Shown one piece after another: positions 45,035 through 57,002 of a stretch of 64,000 nucleotides of DNA. The notes below the pieces were generated by a model, which was not told the DNA's origin, did not search any database, and saw only the letters and a list, made by a program, of their open reading frames with translations. Positions within the stretch are counted from its first letter, which is position 1, and the number at the start of each line of letters is the position of its first letter. The DNA is from Diplonema japonicum (taxonomy: Eukaryota > Protista > Euglenozoa: Diplonemea). The DNA lies in contig OZ025679.1 of NCBI GenBank assembly GCA_964019335.1, forward strand, positions 310,001 through 374,000. The letters run 5' to 3'. The position numbers were made by a program, and so were the translations under genes.

Positions 45035-47743
45035 ATGAGGGCGGTTATCGCTGCAGTGCTAGCAGCAACTCTTTGCGAATCGCGAGAAGTGGTGAATTTC
45101 GACTTCGCATGGCGGTTTTTCAAAGGGAATCTACAATGCACCCCAGGCAGCTTCATTGAACAGAACGGGTACAGATGCGACGGGCTGCACTTTGCAGGGA
45201 ACGCCACCGCACAAGCTTGCAAAGACATATGTTGCAACGACCCGCAGTGCAGGGTGTGGCAATGGCTGAACGGAGCCCAGCAAAACGGGGGGTGTTGGAT
45301 TGGTGAATGCAGCTCAAACCCCATCCCCGACCAAACATGGGTCGGCGGCGTAAAGACAAACAACGTAACATACCCCGCCTCCCACCATGAGTACGATGAT
45401 GCCACATGGGAGGTTGTTGACGCACCCCACGATTTTCTCATAGGCAGCGCGGTCTCCCCTTCTGCTGTCCCTGACCAAGGGTACATCCCGCGAAGCGATG
45501 CATGGTACCGAAAACACTTCATAATCCCGGAGTCATGGTCGGGAAGGACCATTTGGATATATTTTGAGGGGGTTTTCAAGACAACCACGATGTACCTCAA
45601 CGGGGTCCCGTTGGGCGTGCACGAGTCGGGGTACACTTCGTTCCACTACAGAATCGACAATGTTACATCATTGAATTACAACACGGCGAACGTATTGTCG
45701 ATCTTCGTGGACGGGACGGTAGGGACGGGCTGGTGGTACGAAGGCGCTGGTATATACAGACACGTGCAGATCGTCGCTTCTGACAAAATACATGTTGATG
45801 TTGACGGTACCTTCGCGCCTGCAGAGTTGTTGGGGGACGTTGTGAATGGGACGGCTCCTGCGGTGATCTACGCGTCTTCTTACGTTGTTAACGATGCGCA
45901 GCCTCCTTCTTCTGCCGAGGTCGAAGTGGCTTTTGTACTGTACGACCCGTCCACGTCGACCATCGTTGCAAGTGGAACCAGCGAGACGAAAACGATAGGG
46001 TCGGTAGGCGTGGGTTTCAACGCAACAGTGAGCATTCCCTCCGCGAAGCTTTGGTCTGTTTCAAACCCGAACTTGTACGTCCTGTCAAGCATTGTGAGGG
46101 TCGGCAACAATATCGTCGATGTGGTCAATACAACAGTCGGTGTGCGGGGTATTGAGTACACGGCCGACAGTGGTTTCTACCTGAATAACGAGCATGTGAA
46201 GATACGGGGTTTTTGCGACCATAATAATTTTGCGGTGGTCGGGATGGCGGTTCCGGACCGTGTCAAGCTCTTTGCTGCGCAGTCCTTACGTAGCATAGGG
46301 GGCAACGGAAGGCGTATGTCGCACAACCCACCCGAGCCTGTCATGATAGACATCTACGACAGACTGGGCGTCCTCGTCATGGACGAGAACAGACAGTTCG
46401 GCAACAACCCCGCCTTCGTCATGAACATGGGCGCCATGGTGAAGCGCGACAGAAACCACCCCTCCATCGTGATCTGGTCGTATTGCAACGAAAATGGTTG
46501 TGGAGGAAACGCCACCGCCGGTGCACCATTTCGTGACATCACGTACAAGTACGACGGTACCCGACCCACGCTTGGGAACAATGTTTACAACACGAATCTG
46601 AACAAGTACATGGACGTGCAAGGGTTCAGCCACATGGCGAGCTCGGAGTTTTTGAAGTACCACTCGCAGTTTCCTAAAAAACCAACCTTCGCATCGGAAT
46701 GCTGTTCATGCGAGTCTATGCGCGGCGAGGATGTGTCGAGCTCTGCAGACGGCGGCGTCATTCAGAACTTCAACGCGGACTGCGTAGCAAGCCAGACAAA
46801 CGCATCCGACGGCCTACCCTTCATGTCCGGCACTATGGTGTGGACGCTATTCGATTACTTCGGAGAATCGCACGGTTGGCCGCACGTGTCGTCTATGTAC
46901 GGGCAGTTCGACGTCGCTGGGTTTAGAAAAGCCGCTTCATATTGGTACGAAACATGGTGGCCGTCTACCCGCGGTGACATAGTCCCGTCGCACACGTGCC
47001 ACATTGTGGAGCATTGGGCGAAGGATGTCGGCGGTCCTTCACGCACCGTCCATGTCTACACCAACGCACCGAGCGTGGAGCTGTTCCTCAACGGGGCCTC
47101 ACAAGGCGTGAAAACCGTTCCCACCCTTGGGTACGGACAGTGGGACAATATACAATACGCACAAGGCCGTCTTGACGCAAAAGCAATGGACGGTTCAGGC
47201 AGGGTAGTTTCAACTGATTTTGTAGTGTCCGGGGGTACGCCTAGTCGGTTGGTGTTGAAGGTGGACGCGCCTTCTCCGGCGACAGGTACTGGTGCTGTTC
47301 TGTACGGGGATGGTCAGGATGTTGCTCTGCTCCGTGTTGAAGTACAGGATTCTGAGGGGAATGTTTTGAACACCGCGAATAGTCAGAATGTGACCTTTGA
47401 GGTGGTGTCAGGCCCTGGTAGGGTGTTGGGCGCGCACAACGGTGACCCGAGGAATCATGTTCCTAATCATAGCCAGTCGTGCGCTGTGATGCATGGGTTG
47501 GTCAGAGGGGTTGTCCAGGTTACGGAGGATTACTCGAAAACGCTGGCGTCGCGTCAGCTCCTCACGAAGATCGACGTGGACTCCGGGCGGAGGACGAAGA
47601 TCGTCACCACTAACGAGCAGCCCTCGCCCATAGTTGTCAAGGCGTCGTGTACTGGATTTTCGCCGGTCACAGTTACCATCTCTGTTTCTGCTGATCCGTC
47701 TTATAGCGTGCTTGATTCAGCATCTGCCTTTGTTCGATTCTAG
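45035..47743 (+). CDS. Secreted glycoside hydrolase family 2 (beta-galactosidase-like) with PAN/apple-like insert
   Basis: Signal peptide; WYRKHF, YFEGV, SGYTSF, WYEGAGIYRHV, RMSHNP, RDRNHPSIVIWSYCNE (acid/base Glu) and FASEC (nucleophile Glu); intronless. Confidence 0.95.
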   Translation: MRAVIAAVLAATLCESREVVNFDFAWRFFKGNLQCTPGSFIEQNGYRCDGLHFAGNATAQACKDICCNDPQCRVWQWLNGAQQNGGCWIGECSSNPIPDQTWVGGVKTNNVTYPASHHEYDDATWEVVDAPHDFLIGSAVSPSAVPDQGYIPRSDAWYRKHFIIPESWSGRTIWIYFEGVFKTTTMYLNGVPLGVHESGYTSFHYRIDNVTSLNYNTANVLSIFVDGTVGTGWWYEGAGIYRHVQIVASDKIHVDVDGTFAPAELLGDVVNGTAPAVIYASSYVVNDAQPPSSAEVEVAFVLYDPSTSTIVASGTSETKTIGSVGVGFNATVSIPSAKLWSVSNPNLYVLSSIVRVGNNIVDVVNTTVGVRGIEYTADSGFYLNNEHVKIRGFCDHNNFAVVGMAVPDRVKLFAAQSLRSIGGNGRRMSHNPPEPVMIDIYDRLGVLVMDENRQFGNNPAFVMNMGAMVKRDRNHPSIVIWSYCNENGCGGNATAGAPFRDITYKYDGTRPTLGNNVYNTNLNKYMDVQGFSHMASSEFLKYHSQFPKKPTFASECCSCESMRGEDVSSSADGGVIQNFNADCVASQTNASDGLPFMSGTMVWTLFDYFGESHGWPHVSSMYGQFDVAGFRKAASYWYETWWPSTRGDIVPSHTCHIVEHWAKDVGGPSRTVHVYTNAPSVELFLNGASQGVKTVPTLGYGQWDNIQYAQGRLDAKAMDGSGRVVSTDFVVSGGTPSRLVLKVDAPSPATGTGAVLYGDGQDVALLRVEVQDSEGNVLNTANSQNVTFEVVSGPGRVLGAHNGDPRNHVPNHSQSCAVMHGLVRGVVQVTEDYSKTLASRQLLTKIDVDSGRRTKIVTTNEQPSPIVVKASCTGFSPVTVTISVSADPSYSVLDSASAFVRF

Positions 47744-48193
47744 AGGTTAGAAAAATCGAGTCTTTTTTGCTTTTCGAACGTAATTTCTTAGATAATCATG
47801 ATAAAAATTTAAAAAAAAAAAAAAGAAACGTCTTTTCCTCTTCTTTTTTTTTTTTTTTTTTTTGTGTTTTCCTGTGGCGATCCTGTCACATACTGCAGAT
47901 TCCCTTCAAAGACATCTTTTTTTTTTATTGTGCGTGCCCCCATAACGCCAGCGGAGACCGCGATCGTTGTTCTTTTTGGCGCAGATTGCATCCATGACTG
48001 ACAGACGGTCAGCACCAGAATGCAACCGCAGAATGGTGACAGGCACGTGTAGGACTCAGCCCAGATCGAGTTTCTTCTTTATTTTTATTTTCTATGTTGC
48101 AAATATTCTTATGCAACCTTGATCCCAGCAAGAAATGATAAATTTCGGTGTGCTGGTGGGCTCACCGTTGGGGGAATAAAAAAAAAGAAAGGG

Positions 48194-48226
<33 letters not shown>

Positions 48227-48381
48227 CAGCTTTCTTTTTTCTTTTTGCGCGAACAAACAAATCACCTACACAACACAGTTGGGGAACCGAAAAAAAAAAC
48301 AAAACAAAAGAATACAGAAGAAAGAAAAAAAAAAAAAAAAAAAACACACAAACTTTCTTCTCCCCCTTCTCTCTTTGGAAA

Positions 48382-48412
<31 letters not shown>

Positions 48413-48445
48413 GCAGAAAACCCCACATCCTGATCTTTTCTTTAA

Positions 48446-49434
48446 ATGGGTCCTGCTGAAGGGTTGATTACCTTTCTAACCGCGATGCCCCATGATCTGT
48501 GTTGGTTGGAAAGGGCGGCAACAGGCGGCGGCCTTGGGAAAGACCCGCTTTTGGAGCATTGCCTGCTTAGGGCAGAGAACGGCGAAGTGGGCACAGTAGA
48601 GGGTCTGAAACAGGCTGTTTTAACCGTCATCCTCCTAGGAGTGATGGGAGGGGTCTTGTACTTGGTGAGATGGATAAAGTTGTTAGCGAGAAAATCCGAG
48701 GATGAAAAGACAAGGGAGCTGAGAAAACTGGTCCCGGTCCAGAAGAAAGATTCGGAGCTAACCGTGGTTCTAGATTTGGACGAGACGCTGGTGAGCTTTG
48801 GGGACAACGCATTCGCCAGCAAAGGGACGGACGGAGTGAGGCTAAGGCCACGCTTGAAGAACTTCCTCGATTTCTTAGAGGAAGCCGACTTTGAGGTCAT
48901 TATTTGGACAGCAGCTACGAGATCTTACTCAAAATGCGTTCATGAGGCTTTGGCTGCAGTCAACCCCAACGTTATTCACCACAGGCTGTACCGTACCAAT
49001 TCGTGGTACACTGCCGATCACGTCAAAGATCTCAGAAGGTTGGGCCGTGACCTTGATAAGGTGGTGATGGTTGAGAACCGCGCTGCCTCGGGGCGTTTGC
49101 AGCCCGACAATACTATTCTAGTCCCGGACTTCACGCACAGAGGCGGGGGGTGCAGGGGCGGCGAGCAGGATCATGCCCTTGACCATGTGACATCCCTCTT
49201 GAAAGGCTTGGTCATGTCTAAGCAGACCGTGCCAAATTTTTTGAAGAAGACCAAGCTGGCTCGGCACATTCATGCTTCAAAGGTGATGATTTGAAAAAAG
49301 AAAAAAAAAAAAAAAAAAAAAAAAAAAGAAAAAAAAAACAGATTGAGGAAGACCCCAGTCACGCTGTGTTCCATTATGTGAGTGGGAAGTACGATTCTTA
49401 TATTACTGAAGCGTCTGGACCGAGGGGTCCTTGA
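48446..49434 (+). CDS. NIF/FCP1-SCP-type HAD phosphatase with one TM helix (Tim50/Nem1-like layout); intron 49283-49341
   Basis: VVLDLDETLV, RLRP, WTAA, RLYR, KDLRRLGRDLDKVVMVEN. Confidence 0.9.
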
Positions 49435-49436
49435 AG

Positions 49437-49480
<44 letters not shown>

Positions 49481-50562
49481 GAATTTTCTCTCACACTTTC
49501 TGAATTTTTCCATTTTAAAAAAAAGAATTCTTTTTTTTTTCCCCCTCTTTTTCTTTTTTTTTTTTTTGATTCTCTCTTTTTCTATCTTCCCCCATTGTCC
49601 CCCCATTGTCCCCCTACTTGGGGGTGGTTTCTGATTTTCTACTGTTGCATTGGAACAAAACAATGAGCTAAAGAGAAAGAGCCGAGTGGGGGATACGTTA
49701 CATTTTTGGAGGGGGGGTCCCTCCCCCCTCCCCCTTTTCTATTTTAAAGATTATTTTCTTTTGTGTGTGCTTTCTTCTTTCTTTTTTTTTTCTTCGTTTT
49801 CTGCAGTTCTTTCTTTCTTTTCTCTCTCGTTCTTTTTTAAATTACTTTGATCAACCTTTTTTCCGGCCTGTTTCATATTGACAATGAATGCTTTCTTGGT
49901 TTACATATGTCATTTCTTTTTTTTTTTATTTGCCTTGGTCGGAAAGGGTTTTAAATTAAACAAAAAAAAAGAAAAAGAAGAAAAAAGAAGAAAAAAAAAA
50001 AAGAAAAAACTTATCTTTCGCGTGCCCCTTAAGAAAAAAAAAACTTTTTCATTCCCCCTTCCCTCCCAGAGATGGCAGCTCACTCTTCTGTTTTACAGCA
50101 GCCCTGATCTCAACATTGCAGTTTTTTTTTTTTTATTATTATTGTGAATACTTTGAAAGGATGGGGGGGAAAGTAAGCCCCCCCCCTCCTCCCCCCTTTT
50201 TTTAAAAAAATATTTCTTTACTTTTCTTCATCCATTCTCTTCCCGCTTGTGTATTTTCCACTATAAGAAAAAGGGTAAAAACAACAACACACAACGAGCG
50301 GGCACTCATCTTATACTACAAAACAGGCCCAGGCCAAATTCGTTGGAAGGAAAGGAAAAGAAAAAGAAAGGGGTGGGGGGGAGGAATAAAAAAACCCCCC
50401 CTATTTTTTTTCCCCTATTTTTTTATATTTTTTTTTTTTTTACTTTTTATTATTATTTCTTTTTTTTGTTCTTTGTGCGGTTTACCGTAAAAAAAAAAAC
50501 AAAAAAAAAAAAAAGAGAGACCGCCTCCCCCCCCTCCCCCCTCCTCCACCCCCCCTCATGAC

Positions 50563-51014
50563 ATGACAACTTGCATAAATCGAGACCTTAGCATAGGTGT
50601 GGACGGTGCTATTATTGAAGTCCTAGACTGGTATAACAGAAAAACCTGCCAGCAGAAGCAAAGTGTTCTCACGCGCGTGGCGTTCAGGCCATGTGATATT
50701 AAAAGGTGTGCAAGTGGAGTAGAGCTATGTTGGGTACCAGGGTACATAAGATGCGATGCAGTGTTTGGCAGGGCGGTACCAACAGGGCGGGTGCAGGGCA
50801 AGGTTGTTGCATGGAGTGGAGAAGGTGACAACAACCGAGGGTGGTGGGCCTCCACGCTCTGGTCCTGCAGAATGTACTCCAGCCTCATTAGAATAACAAA
50901 ACACTCTAAGTCCGTCACAGCTTTCATCAAAAGGGAGCCCACCCAGGCACTCCCTGTCATGGTGAAGGCAGGCTTCGGGATAACCCATTTCAAACAGGCC
51001 GCGTATGTAACTTG

Positions 51015-51050
<36 letters not shown>

Positions 51051-51730
51051 AGCCCGAACATCCATTGGGGTATCTCAGCCAACTTTCCTCGAAGCCTAAC
51101 AGCATCTCTCTGCGCTGACGTCTACCGAAGGTGGACCGCATCCATCTCATACTGCTTCTCTATCTTTACTGCCTCCGCTCGTTTCGCTGGCAATGTGGCT
51201 ACTAAGGTACTTTTTTTTTAAAAGTTTTTTCCAAAATAAAATAAAGGCCGACTCTGTATTTGAAGTTGCTGCCATGCTGAAAATACACCATTTATGGGAC
51301 CTGCTGAGCGACGGGTCCTCTGCTCACGTTTCATGGACAGTGGAAGGCATCGCAGCTGGTATTTTTTTTTTTTTTAATACTTTTTTTTGAAAAAAAATTA
51401 AAAAAAAATATTCTAGGGGTGTCTCTTTACCTTGACAGCGGGGCCGTAAAGAGCGATAAAGGCACGCACGGGGGCATGCCTGTGTGCCTTTCTTTCAATG
51501 CATTGTACCCAATAGGGCAGCCTTTGGGGGCGGTGGAGCCTTCTATGGCCTCAAGGCGGCCGCTCAGGTTCTTTTTCGGGTTGGAGCTACGTCCTTGGCT
51601 TGCTGGGTCTACTCATTCTGAGCATTTGCTCGAGGAGGATCCTTTTGCTAACCCGCCCCCTCCACCTCTACCACCGCCTTTGCCTCGGCGAACGCAGATT
51701 GACGGTCCGCGTCACCTTTCTGCTGTGTAA
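50563..51730 (+). CDS. Hypothetical 339-aa beta-rich protein, possible outer-membrane beta-barrel; introns 51003-51052, 51207-51246, 51359-51416
   Basis: Three GT-AG introns (phases 2, 0, 1) join four ORF fragments into one frame; alternating hydrophobic strands; RFFFGLEL near the end. Confidence 0.7.
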
Positions 51731-51958
51731 GAGGGGGGGGACGTTATTTTTTTTTGTATTTAACAAGCACCGCTCAGTTTTCTTGTAAAAGGGGCAGAAA
51801 AAGAAAGCAGGAAAAAAAAAAAAAAAGAAAAAAAGAAAAAAAAAAGAGTGGTTAACATTGGAGTATTTTTACCCCTAGTATTCTTTTGGGATTTTTAGTA
51901 CACAAACAAGAATTTGTCGGACGTGAGCACAAATAAAAAACCCGACTCTCTCTTCTTC

Positions 51959-51990
<32 letters not shown>

Positions 51991-52891
51991 TTTTTTCTTT
52001 TTTTTTTTGCTCAAATGCAACGCGTGGTTTAAAAAAAAAAAAGAAAAATGATAATAAAACTTGTGTTCTCTTTTTTAACTCTTTTGTTTTAACAATATTT
52101 ATTGTCGGGGCTAAAAAAGAAACAAAAAAGAAAACGCCGAACTAGTTTTTCTTTTGCGCCCGTGAGGCAAAAGAGATCAAAGAACCTACCATGACCAGAA
52201 AAGATATGATGCCTTTGGTTTCACAAGTTTTACCATATTATTTTCTTTTTTTTCCCATCTCCTTGTTGCACACACACGCATAGTGGAATAGAGAAGAAAA
52301 TCACGAGAGGCCGAAGGCCTCTCGTGAATTTCTTTTTGTTTTGTTTTGTTTTGTTTTTGTTTCAAGAGAGTGACATAAGGTTTTCCTTGGGCGTGAATAA
52401 GTTTAAAAAGAAAATAATGTAAAATCCACCGTATCCCCCACACTTTCACCATCGTTTCTTTTTTTTTTTTTGATCTTCCCGTTGATCTTTAGTTAAAGAA
52501 AAAGAAGGAAAAAAAAAAAGAAAACCATCAGTACCATTTTCCCCCCCTTCCCCTTCAAATGTGTTCCTTCTACACCCCCCCTTTTTTTTGTATGCTCCCT
52601 GTCTCCCCTCTTTTTTATTTCTTCAGTGGCACCCCACCTCATCCCCCCCTTAAATGTCTCTTTTTTTTTTTTTTTTTTTTTTTCTTTATAAATATTATGT
52701 TCATTTTCTTTTTTCTTTTTTTGGTCTCTTTCCTTCAATTCATTCTTTTTTTGAAGTTTTTTTTTTGATTTCCTCCTATGGTGCTGCTTAACTTGCCACA
52801 GGAAAGGGGGTAGAGAGGCAGGAAAGAGGGGAGGGCGGGGGGGGGGGGGGGGGGGGGGGTCCCCCTCTTGTCCCCTTCAGCGCCTCTTTGT

Positions 52892-54306
52892 ATGAACACG
52901 ACACTGGCAGCCCGAGGGGGACGGAGCCGAGTGAATGGATCGATGCACCACTCGTATAGCCAAATTAGTATATTTGGGGATCGACCACCATCGCCACCAC
53001 CAGCTGCTCAAGTACACCCGATGCCAGTTTCTATGCCTGTCCCGCAGCCACTGAAGGGACAGGCTCCTGAGGGGCAGCGGAACTGTCAGGAGTATCGGGG
53101 TGAGGCGGGCATGTTCGCAGGCCCAGAATCCGCTTATGGTCTGTTGGAGGAACCTCGGCAACAACAACAGCAACAACAACAACAGCAGCAGCAGCAACAA
53201 CAACAACAACAACAACAACAACAGTCAACCAGCCCTGTCCAACGGCCGCGGGACCCCGTCACCTTTAAGGAACAAGTCTGCGAAGTCCCTGAAGACCCCC
53301 AAAGCCCCATAGATATCAAGAAGCGCCCCCCTACTAAGGGCGACGCTGTCAGCAAGCGCGAACAGGAACGGAACCAGCGGCAAAAAGCAAAAGAAAAACG
53401 GGCTCGCGAAGCAGAGCGAGCCTCGCTACGCCTCAAAGAACAGCAGAGACAGAAAGAAGCCGACCGCTTGACAAAAGTAGCAAAGGCACGCGAGGAAGAA
53501 GCCCAACGAAAGGAGAGGGAAAAGGCAGAGAAAAAAGCAAAGCTGAAGACAGAACAAAGACGGAAGTCAGAAGTACAGCACGAAGAGAAAATGATAAAAG
53601 ATCTGATGGCGGACCTGGAGAGGGAGAAGCGGAAGGGGTCCCCTGTCGTCACACCGGGCAGCTCTCTACGAAGATCGAAGACCGCAGAAGGCGACAACGG
53701 CAAGCGTCTGCCTGGTAAGCTAGAACCTCTACAGTATGATGGTAAGTATGGCAGGCCACCGCTGACGGCCCCGGTTGATGTAGTCAACACGCTGGACACG
53801 CCTCCTCTCCACCCGCAGCCTCCTGAACCTGTATGGACGCCAGCACCGTTGTACGCTATTGAGAAGCAGGTCGTTACGTCTTCAGCAGAATTGTCGCAAC
53901 AGCAACGCAACCAGCTATGGGATTTCCTTTCGGAGAAGTGTCCAGAAGCACCCACCACCACAGCACCCCTCCAGGTCTACATTGAGAAACCCCTCTTGCA
54001 CTCCTCTGTAATGACAGGTGTTCTTGCTGGAACTCAGGTTGAGGCCCTCTGGGACTTCCTCTCACTATCCTGTCCTAGTGACGATCACTACACTGGCCAC
54101 GTCGAGGACCTCATACAAGACGAGGAAGATGAGGAACAACTTGTGGACTTCCATAAAACCAACAGCATTGTGAGCAAAGCTAGTTTGGACTCTACAAAAT
54201 CAAAGGCACGAGAGAGACTTTCGGTACTGATGCAGGCAGCTGCCATGAGCGCTGCGAAGGAACAAGAGGAACAAACAGAGCAAAAAGAAGAAGAAGAGGA
54301 AGAGGT

Positions 54307-54339
<33 letters not shown>

Positions 54340-54502
54340 AACCCCTGCCATGGAAGCGAACGAATTGTTACGGCGGTATAGTGAGCTGATGGGCCGCGCG
54401 AACAATGAGGTGTCCGAAAAAAGTGAAGATGATGATAGTGATGGTGAAAATGATGACCAGGAGGAGGAGGAAGAAGAAGAAGGAGAAGAAAGCGATACGT
54501 GA
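52892..54502 (+). CDS. Low-complexity protein: polyQ, charged coiled coil, two LWDFLSxxCP repeats, acidic tail
   Basis: Long ORF; first ATG at 52892. Confidence 0.7.
53158..53224 (+). repeat. CAA/CAG polyglutamine microsatellite
   Basis: About 22 Gln codons in a row. Confidence 0.9.
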
Positions 54503-54856
54503 CCGGGGGTAAAAGAAAATGTAGTCTTTGAGAAAAGACTTCTGCATCTTTCCCTTTTGGTTTACGTGCATCAGTTCTACAAACGGAAACAACGAAAATA
54601 AAAAGAAAAAGGACTCCCCCCTATCCCGTCAGTCACTTGACACTTGTGTAGTGTAGAGGCCCCCTTCTATTCCCTTTTTTTCTTTTTTTGTTTTTTGTTT
54701 TTTTTCCCTCTCGGGTGACGAGGCGCAGAGAACTGGGACCATTGCAGGAAGCTGACGGCTAAGCTTTGTCGGCATAAAGAAAACGCGCGCTCAACATAGA
54801 AAACTGCCCACCCACGGTATTGGTCTCATTACTTTGACCGTTTTTTTTTTTTTTTT

Positions 54857-55597
54857 ATTTCACTCTTCAGAAATTACTTCACGCACTGGGGGGCCCATTA
54901 CTTCACGCTAAATCTCATTACTTCACGGTGAAATAATGGCCTGTTTTCCGTGAAGTAATAGGGGGTTTCCGTTAAATAATATGCCTCGGTAGGCCAATTT
55001 TTGCCTCGGTTCGGTTCCCAGTGGGGCTACTTTTTCCTCTCAATTTGCTATTTCCCCCCAGGTTCAGCTCAATTGGCCAACTTTTGCCTCGGCTCAGTTC
55101 CAAGTTGGACTACTTTTTCCTCCCAATTTGTCCACTTTTGGCTAGGCCTTGTTCCCAGTTTCTGTGGGTAACTCTTCTGTGGGTAAGGGTAACTTAGTCA
55201 GCTTACCCAAGCACCCCAAAAGACTTCAAAATACCGAAGCAGCAGAAAAAAAAGAGCCAGCGGCCGCGCCAGGTATGGGAAGGCTTGATTAGAGATGGTG
55301 ACAGTGGCAATGCCAGCGACAGCGGCAGCTCTTAGTCAACAAAAGGAGGAAAAACAACTTGTATTGTAACCTTTGTAACCCCTCTCTTGTTGTACCCCTT
55401 GTCACCCTGTTGTGCCCCTCGTGGTGAAGTAATTTCAGAGTGTCGTGAAATAAAACCACTTACCTACCGCCAAGTAATGACTTTACCGACCTCTCGGTTC
55501 CGCATTTTACCATCTCGGGCCCTGCGGGCCCTCGACGGTAAAATGCGGAACCTCGAGGTAACGGTAAAGTCATTACTTGTTGGCAGTAAATAGCTAT
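54857..55597 (+). mobile_element. Helentron/HINE-like non-autonomous element, copy A (741 bp)
   Basis: Sits in T-runs with no TSD; terminal and subterminal asymmetric IRs; 18-bp hairpin stem 55471-55488/55562-55579; near-identical inverted copy at 60632-61311. Confidence 0.85.
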
Positions 55598-55891
55598 TTT
55601 TTTATTCACACCCAAAAATGAATTTTTTTTTTTTATTTCGAGTTGACATAATTCAAAAGAATACATTGTGGATAAAAAAAGAAATACAAAAAAAAAAAAA
55701 GAATACCCCCCCCCCCATACCCCCCCCATTTTTTATTCTTCTTCCCCCCTCATACCACTTTGTCTTTCTTTTTTATCTTTTTTTATTTTAAAAGTTTCGT
55801 TGTTTGATCTCTCTCCCCCCTCCCCCTTTTTTTTTTATCCGCTTCTCACAAAAATTCAAGCAGAAGTGGGAAGGGAGGGAAAAAAGGGGAA

Positions 55892-56964
55892 ATGGGTAAA
55901 GATGAAAAGAAAAAGCAGATGTTAGACATGCTCAAAAAAGAAATTGAGGCGGTATCGGATCGGTGGAGGGTAACGGCGTACCTAAGCGGTGGATCATACG
56001 GTGAAGTTTGTGGGGCTATTGACACAGTGACGGGGCAGAAGGTGGCGATCAAGAGGGTGTACAAGGCGAAGGCGGCAGAAGGGGAAGTTGTCATTCTCGA
56101 CGACCCATTCCTCTCGAAAAGGGTGTACCGAGAGATAAAGCTCCTGTCCCACTTCAACCATGAGAATATACTGGGCTTGATTTCGGTAATGGTGGACCCC
56201 GAGCCACCAGAACCGCTCTCGAAGCTATTCATGGTTATGGAGTGCATGGACACCGATCTGTCTCAAATCATCCGCGACCCTACAGTCAATGTGACACCGG
56301 AGCACATCCAGTATTTTATGTTCCAGATTTTCCACGGGCTGAAATGTCTGCATGATGCGAAGGTGATACATAGGTGTTTTTTTTTTGGGGGGGGAAAAAA
56401 AAAGAGAAAAAAAAAAGAAAAAAAAACACAGAGATCTTCACCCTGGCAATATCCTTCTTAACACGGAAAACGACATAAAAATCTGTGATTTCAACCTTGC
56501 AAAGGCGGACACTGGAAGCAGCCAGGCATCGACGGACTACGTGACATATCGATGGTATCGTGCTCCTGAGCTTGTCATGCAATGGAAGAAGTACGACAGA
56601 AAAATTGATATTTGGTCCGCCGGCTGCATCATGGTGGAGTTGTTTAACAGAAAACCGCTCTTCCCAGGCACCACTTTTTACAACCAGCTGAACAAGATTA
56701 TCGAGATCCTTGGGACGCCCTCTGAGGCGGATGTGGAGCATATCGGGTCGGACTCTGCAAAGCAATACCTTTTCAGGGAGCTGACGGGCATCCCATCTGC
56801 AAAATGGGAGCGAATCGTGAAGACGAAGAACCGACATGCCATAGACTTGGTGAGCAAGCTGCTTGTCTTCAGCCCTGTGAAGAGGCTAAATGTTGAACAG
56901 GCACTTCGACATGATTTCTTCAAATACCCGAACTGCCTTTATGATGAGGAGGAAATGGTATTTG

Positions 56965-57002
<38 letters not shown>

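Noticed and set aside
48446-49434. Naming the phosphatase TIM50
   Set aside because: A TM + NIF layout is shared by several families; needs phylogeny
54873-54960. attacttcacg repeats as a CRISPR-like array
   Set aside because: Only 11 bp, irregular, in both orientations, inside a eukaryotic TE; no cas genes
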